The position numbers and the translations under genes were made by a program. From Spirochaetia bacterium (GTDB lineage Bacteria; Spirochaetota; Spirochaetia; SZUA-6; Bin103), in NCBI GenBank assembly GCA_965198005.1, contig CBDAOI010000002.1:448001-512000 (forward strand): 64,000 bases of DNA, read 5' to 3'. This document shows, in pieces, positions 57,701 to 64,000 of this stretch (the stretch's first letter is position 1; every line of letters starts with the position of its first letter). The notes beneath the pieces were generated by a model that did no database searches, was not told where the DNA came from, and saw only the letters and a list, made by a program, of their open reading frames with translations.

Positions 57701-58356
57701 ACGACGTACCCATGAACGACCACCGGCTGGTGCGCGCCGCCGCCCTGGCGGCCGACCGCGACCCGGCGCCGCCGCCGGTCCCGACCGGTGACGAGTGCCC
57801 GCTCTGGCGCCCGGCGGAGCTCGCCGGCCGCCTGTGCGAGCTCGCCGCCGCTCCCCACGGCGTGCACCTGACCTTGGCCTGCACCATCATTCGCAGTTTT
57901 CAACTCGCCGCCGAGCCGGTGGCGTGGGTCACCAACGCCCGCGCCATGTTCTTCCCGCCGGACGTCGCCGGGAGCGGGGTCGATCTGGCGGCGCTGCCGG
58001 TGGTTCAGGTGCCCGACCTGGCCGCCGTGGTTGCCGCCGCCGACCGCCTGACCCGGAGCGGCGCCTTCGGCCTGGTGCTGCTGGAGCTCGACGCCGGAAC
58101 CGGCGGCGGCGGCGTGCCGGCGGCGGTGCTCGGCCGTCTGGTGCGGCTGGCGCGGCGGCACGACACCGCCCTGCTGTGCCTCACCACTCCCGGGATCGCC
58201 CTGGGGTCGCCGGTGTCGCTGCGCGGGCGCGGGTTTCGCAGCGCGGCGCCGTGGCCCGGCTACGCCTGCTGCGGCATCCACGTGCTCAAGGATCGACGGC
58301 GCGCCCCCGGCGGATCGCTGACCGCCCTCTATCGTGCCCCCTACGGCCTGTGTTGA
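57697..58356 (+). CDS. imuA: ImuA (RecA/SulA-like)
   Basis: L.GRL.EL, FFPPD...SGVDL, RSGAFGLVLL; lies between lexA and imuB. Confidence 0.8.
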   Translation: MNDVPMNDHRLVRAAALAADRDPAPPPVPTGDECPLWRPAELAGRLCELAAAPHGVHLTLACTIIRSFQLAAEPVAWVTNARAMFFPPDVAGSGVDLAALPVVQVPDLAAVVAAADRLTRSGAFGLVLLELDAGTGGGGVPAAVLGRLVRLARRHDTALLCLTTPGIALGSPVSLRGRGFRSAAPWPGYACCGIHVLKDRRRAPGGSLTALYRAPYGLC

Positions 58357-59914
58357 CGTCGGTGCGCTGCCGCTGCAACTGCTGCTCCGGCGCCGCCCCG
58401 AATGGCGCCGCCGGCCGGCCGCGGTAGTCACCGAAGACAAACCGCTCGGCACCATCGTGGCGGTCAACCGGCCGGCGCAGGCCGTCGGGGTACGGGTGGG
58501 GATGCGCTACGCCACCGCGCTCTCCCTGGCCGCTCACCTGCAGGCGGCAACCGTCGCCCCCGAGGAGATCGCGGCCGGGGTCGCCACCATCCGCGCGCTG
58601 CTGCTGACGCTCAGTCCGCGCGTCGAATGGGCCGGCGACGGCGCCACCGAAGCCGCCGCCGGAGCCGGCCTCGGGGCGGGGGTGTTCTGGCTCGAGACGG
58701 CCGGGCTGCACCGCCTCTATCGCTCACCGGCGGCCCTGGCGGCCGCGCTGCAACGGCGCCTGCGCGCGGCGCGGTTCCGGGCCACGGTGGCGCTCGGCTA
58801 CACCCGCATGGGGACCTGCATCCTGGCGCAGCAGCTCCACCGGGCACGATCAGCCGGCGGCGCCCGGCGCGGCTGGCTGATCGCGCCCGATGCCGCGGCC
58901 GAGCAGGCCGCCGCGTGCCGGGCGCCGCTGGAGCGGCTGCCCCTGGAGCCCCCGGTGCGCGACCTGCTGGAACAGCTCGGCGTCGTTACGGTAGGTCACT
59001 TTCTGCGGCTTCCCTACGGCCAGCTCCTGGGCCGCTTCGGCCCGCGGGTGGCGGCGGTTCACCGCGCCGGCGCCGGCGGCGCCCCGGAGGTCCCGGTGCA
59101 GACGCCGGCGCCGGCGCCCCGGTTTCTCGGCCGCCGGCGGCTGGAGCCGCCCGCGGCCGACGCCGGGCGGCTGCTCGGTCACTGCACCGAGCTGCTCGAC
59201 GGGCTGCTGGCCCAACTGCGGGCGCAGGAGCAGGCCGTGGTGGAGCTGGAGTTGAGGTTGCTGGCGGAAGACGGCACCCGCCGGTGCGAGCTGGTCCGCC
59301 CCGCCGCTCCCACCCACCGGCGGCAGCGCCTGCTCGAGCTGCTGGCGCTCCGCCTGCGCGGGCTGGAGCTGACCGCCGGGGTGGAGGAACTGACCATGGA
59401 GCTGCGGTACGCACCGCTGCCGACCGGCCAGGGAGCGTTGTTCGCCACCCGGCAGCGGCGCGATCCGGCGGCCGCGGCGGAGGCGCTGGCCCGCATCCGC
59501 GCGGAGTTCGGCAACCGGGCCGTGCGCCATGCGGTGCTGGTGGACGCGCACCTGCCGGAGGCACAGTTCCGGTGGCAGATCGGGCAGATCGCCGGCGGGC
59601 TGCAGCCGCTGCGGCCGGCGCCGGCGGCGGCGGGGGACCGGCAGCCGCTCCGGCTGGTGCGCCGCCTGGGCCAACCGCGGCGGATACCGGCTCCGGGGGC
59701 CGGCGCGGCGCCGGCCCGGCCCCACCGCGGCCCCTTCCTGATCTCCAGCGGCTGGTGGCTGCCCCCTACGGCAGGCACGGAGGCGGGCACGGAGGGCGCC
59801 GGCGGTCCGGCCGATCGCGCCTACTACGTCATCCGTGCGCCGCGCGGAGCCCTGGAATGGATCTACTACGACCGTCTCACGGGACTCTGGTACCGCCAGG
59901 GATGGGTGGAATGA
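58334..59914 (+). CDS. imuB: ImuB, inactive Y-family polymerase
   Basis: ACVD, GVR.GM..A.A.SL, clamp-like QGALF, C-terminal GWW...R.YY. Confidence 0.85.
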   Translation: MPPTACVDVGALPLQLLLRRRPEWRRRPAAVVTEDKPLGTIVAVNRPAQAVGVRVGMRYATALSLAAHLQAATVAPEEIAAGVATIRALLLTLSPRVEWAGDGATEAAAGAGLGAGVFWLETAGLHRLYRSPAALAAALQRRLRAARFRATVALGYTRMGTCILAQQLHRARSAGGARRGWLIAPDAAAEQAAACRAPLERLPLEPPVRDLLEQLGVVTVGHFLRLPYGQLLGRFGPRVAAVHRAGAGGAPEVPVQTPAPAPRFLGRRRLEPPAADAGRLLGHCTELLDGLLAQLRAQEQAVVELELRLLAEDGTRRCELVRPAAPTHRRQRLLELLALRLRGLELTAGVEELTMELRYAPLPTGQGALFATRQRRDPAAAAEALARIRAEFGNRAVRHAVLVDAHLPEAQFRWQIGQIAGGLQPLRPAPAAAGDRQPLRLVRRLGQPRRIPAPGAGAAPARPHRGPFLISSGWWLPPTAGTEAGTEGAGGPADRAYYVIRAPRGALEWIYYDRLTGLWYRQGWVE

Positions 59915-59937
59915 GGCGGCCCGCCTATTTACCATTT
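59911..59937 (+). pseudogene. probable start stub of deleted dnaE2 (imuC)
   Basis: ATG overlaps imuB TGA and reads MRRPAYLP, like the Y-x-P/E-L PHP-domain start; nothing more follows. Confidence 0.4.
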
Positions 59938-59987
59938 CCGTCCGGGCGCATATTCTGCGGCAACGGCATGGGTGAGTGTGACGCAAG

Positions 59988-60983
59988 ATGAGTGAGCAAG
60001 AGACGGGCAAGTCCTCCGCGGGACAGTGGGTGTCCTACCGGCCCCAGATCAAGGTGCTGGACTGTACGATCCGGGATGGCGGTCTGATGAACGACCACCA
60101 GTTCACCTACGAGATGGTGCACGGGGTGTACCAGGCGTGCGTCCGGAGCGGCGTCGACTACATGGAGATCGGCTACATGAACTCCCGCACGCAGTTTCCG
60201 CCGGGGCAGTTCGGGCCGTGGAAGCACAGCCTCGAGGAGGACGTGCGCCGGATCGTGGGCGAGAACGACACGCCGCTCAAACTGACGGCGATGGCCGACG
60301 CGGAGAAGAGCGACTACCAGGAGGACGTTCTGCCCAAGTCGGAGAGCGTGCTGGACATGATCCGGGTGGCCACCTACATCCACCAGATCCCGCTGGCGCT
60401 GGACATGATCAAGGACGCCCACGACAAGGGCTACGAGACCAGCCTCAACCTGATGGCGCTGTCCACGGTGCGCGAGAGCGAGCTGAACGAAGCGCTGGCG
60501 CTGGTGGCCCGTTCCGAGGCCGAGGTGATCTGCATCGTCGACAGTTTCGGCGCGCTCTACGGCGAGCAGATCGACCGCTACATGGAGACCTTCCTCGGCT
60601 ATGCCGCGCCGGCCGGCAAGGAGGTGGGCATGCACGCCCACAACAACCGCCAGCTAGCCTTCGCCAACACCATTCAGGCCACCATCCGGGGCGCCAACCG
60701 GCTGGACGCCAGCATGGCGGGACTGGGACGCGGGGCCGGGAACTGCCCGATGGAGCTGCTGCTCAGCTTCCTGCACAACCCCAAGTTCCGGCTGCGGCCG
60801 GTGCTGCACTGCATCCAGCACCAAGTCGAGCCGTTGCGCGCGGAGCTGAAGTGGGGCTTCGACTACCCCTACATGATCACCGGCGTGCTCAACCAGCACC
60901 CGCGCGCCGGGATGGCGTTCAACGAGTCCGAGCACCGGGGCGACATCGTCAAGTTCTACGACTCGCTCGAATACGAAGACTGA
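59988..60983 (+). CDS. HMGL-like / 4-hydroxy-2-oxovalerate aldolase-like protein
   Basis: DCTIRDGG, VDSFG, HAHNN, GLGRGAGN. Confidence 0.85.
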   Translation: MSEQETGKSSAGQWVSYRPQIKVLDCTIRDGGLMNDHQFTYEMVHGVYQACVRSGVDYMEIGYMNSRTQFPPGQFGPWKHSLEEDVRRIVGENDTPLKLTAMADAEKSDYQEDVLPKSESVLDMIRVATYIHQIPLALDMIKDAHDKGYETSLNLMALSTVRESELNEALALVARSEAEVICIVDSFGALYGEQIDRYMETFLGYAAPAGKEVGMHAHNNRQLAFANTIQATIRGANRLDASMAGLGRGAGNCPMELLLSFLHNPKFRLRPVLHCIQHQVEPLRAELKWGFDYPYMITGVLNQHPRAGMAFNESEHRGDIVKFYDSLEYED

Positions 60984-61000
60984 AACCGGTTGAAGAACGC

Positions 61001-62407
61001 ATGACGGACGCCGGCGCGGCGGCAGGAATCATGGACACCGAATCCACCATCACGTGCCCCGATTGCGGCCGGGAGAATTTCGCCGACCTGTACTACTGCG
61101 TCGTCTGCCAGACCGCGCTGGTGGAGGGGACGAAGTTCGCGGACAACGCGGCGCGCGGCTACTTCGTGCGGCGCACCATCCGGTTGACGGTGCTGGCGGT
61201 GGCCGCGGCTGCCGCGGGCCTGTTCTGGTATCTGGACTATTCGGAGCCGATCCGCATCGGTCCGCCAGCGTCCACCATCGCCGCCGACCCCACGCCCGGC
61301 AACTGGCCGATGTACCAGCGCGAGCCCACGCACTCGGCATTCGCCGGCGCGGCGCCGGGCAGCCTCGACGGCACGGTGCGCTGGCGGTTCGCCACCGGCC
61401 GCGCGTTTCTCTCGTCGCCCGCCGTGGTCGACGGCACCGTGTACGCCAGCACCGGCGACGGGCGCGTCATCGCGCTGGACGGCGCCACCGGCACGCTGCG
61501 CTGGGAGTATCCGGTCACCGGCCCGGTGGACTCGTCGCCGGCGGTGGCGGGTGACCTGGTGTTCGTCGGGCTGCGCGACGGCCGGATGCTGGCGCTCGCC
61601 CGGACCGACGGCAGCTTGGCATGGGTGTTCGACACGGGAGAGCCGGTGTACGCCTCCCCCACCGTGCACGACGGCGTCCTGTACATCGGGTCGGGCAGCC
61701 GCAAGCTGTTCGCGCTGGACGCGGTCACCGGCAAGGTGCGCTGGGTCTACCCCATGACCGGCCGCGTTGCCACCGGGGCCGTGATCGGTGACGGCGTGAT
61801 CGCCGTGATCGCCACCGACAACCGGCTGTACGTCGTCGACCTGGTCACCGGGCGCCACCGGATGGAGTTCCTGCAGTTCGACACCAAGGGCGCGCCCGCG
61901 ATCGACGAGCACTCGATCTACGTGGCGAACCGGCGCGGTCTGCTGCGCGCCCTGGACTGGTCGCGGCGCCAACTGCCGCTGGAACAGACCGCCCGGCGCA
62001 TGCACGTGCAGTTGTTCATCTGGGGATTCGTCAATCGGCTGCCCCTACCCAAGGATCTGCAATGGGCCTTCGTCAGGCGGGGCGAGCGGTTCGTGGGCTC
62101 GCCGGCGCTGGCGTTCGATCTGGTCTACGTCGGTTCGCGCACCGGCAACCTGTTCGCCGTCGACCGCGCCACCGGCGAAGGACGGTGGACCTTCGCCGCC
62201 GACCGCGAGATTACGACCTCCCCGTCGGTCTCGGGCGACACCGTACACGTGGGCGACAAGAGCGGCGTCGTCTACGGGGTAGACGCCCACACCGGCGAGC
62301 TGACCTGGCGGGTCCGGACCGACGGCGCGGTCACCTCCACCCCGGTCCCGGCCAGCGGCATGCTGTTCGTGACCACCACCGCCGGCACACTGTACGCCAT
62401 CCAGTAG
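61001..62407 (+). CDS. PQQ-like beta-propeller protein with N-terminal zinc ribbon and TM anchor
   Basis: CPDC..CVVC, hydrophobic helix, repeated SSPAV..G.VY...ALDA.TG..RW. Confidence 0.85.
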   Translation: MTDAGAAAGIMDTESTITCPDCGRENFADLYYCVVCQTALVEGTKFADNAARGYFVRRTIRLTVLAVAAAAAGLFWYLDYSEPIRIGPPASTIAADPTPGNWPMYQREPTHSAFAGAAPGSLDGTVRWRFATGRAFLSSPAVVDGTVYASTGDGRVIALDGATGTLRWEYPVTGPVDSSPAVAGDLVFVGLRDGRMLALARTDGSLAWVFDTGEPVYASPTVHDGVLYIGSGSRKLFALDAVTGKVRWVYPMTGRVATGAVIGDGVIAVIATDNRLYVVDLVTGRHRMEFLQFDTKGAPAIDEHSIYVANRRGLLRALDWSRRQLPLEQTARRMHVQLFIWGFVNRLPLPKDLQWAFVRRGERFVGSPALAFDLVYVGSRTGNLFAVDRATGEGRWTFAADREITTSPSVSGDTVHVGDKSGVVYGVDAHTGELTWRVRTDGAVTSTPVPASGMLFVTTTAGTLYAIQ

Positions 62408-62411
62408 GCAT

Positions 62412-62729
62412 TCAGTTCAGCGCAAGAGCGAACCGTACCGCAGTTGCCACTTTGCCCATCCTGGAAGACGGCAGCGTAGCCACGAGCGGGCCGAGCTTGC
62501 CGCGCTGCACGGTCTGCAGATGGTCGCAGTTGACCGCGCATTCGCTCGGCAGGCCGTCGTCGACCGAGAGCCGCACCTCGCTCGGGATATCCCGGATGGT
62601 GGTCGTTACGGGGGCCACCGTCACCTGCCCGAGATAGGGGATGATCGAGTCGCGGGTGAGCACGAGCACCGGCCTGCGCTCGTCGGGAGCAGCGCAACGG
62701 TACCAGCGAATCTCGGCGCGCCGGATCAC
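62412..62729 (-). CDS. mazF: PemK/MazF toxin
   Basis: RRAEIRW, RRPVLVLTR, VAPVTT, NCDHLQTV. Confidence 0.85.
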   Translation of the reverse strand: MIRRAEIRWYRCAAPDERRPVLVLTRDSIIPYLGQVTVAPVTTTIRDIPSEVRLSVDDGLPSECAVNCDHLQTVQRGKLGPLVATLPSSRMGKVATAVRFALALN

Positions 62730-62790
62730 GCGTCGCCCCATGCCCGATCCTGCTCCCGGACCCTGAATTCGTTGGCCACCGTCAACCACA
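62726..62790 (-). pseudogene. C-terminal stub of the cognate antitoxin
   Basis: ...VANEFRVREQDRAWGDA* overlaps the toxin GTG; no room for an N-terminus. Confidence 0.45.
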
Positions 62791-62806
62791 CGGACGGTGT
62801 GGTGTG

Positions 62807-63181
62807 TTACGCGTCGCCGTACAGGATCTCGACGCGCACGTTGTCCGGGCCGCTGATGAACGCCATGCGCATGTTGCCGGCCGTGCTCGGCTCGACCACG
62901 AAGTTGGCGCCGCGCCGCCGCAGCTCGGCGATGGTGGCGTCGAACTCGTCGGTACGGAAGCAGAAGTGGTGGATGGCCGCGTCGTCGGGGTCGGGGTCGG
63001 CCACCTTGGGCGCGCGCGTGAACAGGTTGACGTGGGTGTTCCGCACCTTGAGCCGGGTCAGCTCGGTGCCGTTGAACACGTGCCGCCAGGCGACCGTGGC
63101 ATCGAACATCTGCTGAAAGAACGCGATCGTGGCCTCGGGGTCGCTGCTCTGCAAGTGCACGTGGTCGAACGCTAGATTCAT
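62807..63181 (-). CDS. VOC/glyoxalase family protein
   Basis: FDHVHL, HHFCF, FISGPDNVRVEI. Confidence 0.85.
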   Translation of the reverse strand: MNLAFDHVHLQSSDPEATIAFFQQMFDATVAWRHVFNGTELTRLKVRNTHVNLFTRAPKVADPDPDDAAIHHFCFRTDEFDATIAELRRRGANFVVEPSTAGNMRMAFISGPDNVRVEILYGDA

Positions 63182-63192
63182 CTGTCTCTCTC

Positions 63193-64000
63193 CTATAGGA
63201 AGTGGTAGTCGGCCGGGTCGGCGCGACGGGTCTGCTGCCAGAATTCGTGCACGCTGAACGGCCAGTTCTGGGTAACGCGGCCGCTCTGGTTCTTGTACCA
63301 GCTCGTTACGCCGGGGGCGCCCCACGCCGTGCGCAGGTTGCCCTGGTCGATCCAGCGGTTGTACGCGTCGTGCACCGCGCGCTTGCAGTCCAGCGCACGC
63401 CGCTCCGACTCCAACAGCAGCCGGATGCAACTCAGTATATAGCGCATCTCCGACTCGGAAAACACGATGATGCTGGAGTTCACCACCACGTTGGTGTTGG
63501 GGCCGTACAGGCAGAACAGGTTGGGGAAGCCCGGCAGCGTGATGCCCTTGTAGGCGCGCGGATCGCCGTTCCAGGTTGCGTGCAGGTCGGCCCCGCCGCG
63601 CCCGCTCACCCGCATCGGCCACAGAAACCTGGTGGTGTGGAACCCGGTGGCATAGATCAGCACGTCGAGCTCGTGCCGCTGCCCGCCCGCGGTCACCACC
63701 CCGGTTGCGGTTACTTCGGCCACCGAATCATCGATGAGGTGCACGTTGTCCCGCGTGAGGGTGCGAAACCAGGTGCCGTTGTCGTACACCATTCGCTTGC
63801 CGCCCGGCGGGTAGCGGGGGATGCACTTCCCCAGCAGCTCGGGACGGCCGCGCAGCGCCTTGGCGGCGTGCTCGACCAGGAATTCCCGCAGCTTCCGGTT
63901 CTCGGCCCCGACCGTGCACGGGTCGTCCCAGCCGTCGTCCCGCTCCACGTAAGCGAGCGCCCCTTCGCAGGTAAGCCAGAACTGCCAGATCCGGTACCAC
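63193..64000 (-). CDS. flavin-containing (Baeyer-Villiger-type) monooxygenase, 3' part
   Basis: GKR, DVLIYATGF, AYKGI..PGFPNLF.LYGPNT, SWYKN..GR..QNWP. Confidence 0.88.
   Translation of the reverse strand, partial: WYRIWQFWLTCEGALAYVERDDGWDDPCTVGAENRKLREFLVEHAAKALRGRPELLGKCIPRYPPGGKRMVYDNGTWFRTLTRDNVHLIDDSVAEVTATGVVTAGGQRHELDVLIYATGFHTTRFLWPMRVSGRGGADLHATWNGDPRAYKGITLPGFPNLFCLYGPNTNVVVNSSIIVFSESEMRYILSCIRLLLESERRALDCKRAVHDAYNRWIDQGNLRTAWGAPGVTSWYKNQSGRVTQNWPFSVHEFWQQTRRADPADYHFL

Noticed and set aside
1-64000. rRNA, tRNA or known riboswitch
   Set aside because: No recognisable conserved sequence by eye; a covariance-model scan was not possible

Overview
High-GC bacterial DNA. Spirochaete-style 'LWA-x-G-xEE' signal peptides and the DUF1640, Uma2 and AAA-PD(D/E)XK families suggest a Spirochaetaceae-like, possibly host-associated, organism; this is inference only. 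About 3.5-47.3 kb is a co-oriented (minus-strand) array of Opp/Dpp-family ABC importer units (substrate-binding protein SBP - permease B - permease C). It has five intact, mutually divergent SBP genes, four complete SBP-B-C units, many collapsed or deleted copies, and no ATPase subunit. The array is interleaved with about a dozen toxin-antitoxin modules or remnants (AbiEii, RES-Xre, VapBC, MNT-HEPN, HigBA, YefM-YoeB, nucleotidyltransferase pairs), IS and group II intron debris, and a few cargo genes (SDR, long Icl2-type isocitrate lyase, LLM oxidoreductase, RhlE). The most unusual signal is a family of homologous SBP leaders. Read across copies, the layout is: sigma70-like promoter, leader ORF starting M-x-x-M-x-[DEN]-x3-Q-x-C-H-R-L, a poly-C (poly-Pro) or ACC-repeat (poly-Thr) tract, an AGGAGG-led mini-ORF, a covarying GAGAG..CTCTC stem, then the SBP start. 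Not every copy keeps every module. The region after 47.4 kb is more ordinary: TPP enzyme, CMD and enolase-superfamily genes, an M24 peptidase-NfeD-SPFH operon, an MFS transporter, a lexA-imuA-imuB cassette whose dnaE2 appears deleted, an aldolase, a PQQ-repeat protein, an orphan MazF, a VOC protein and a flavin monooxygenase. Fragment boundaries are approximate and family calls come from motif recognition, not database searches.
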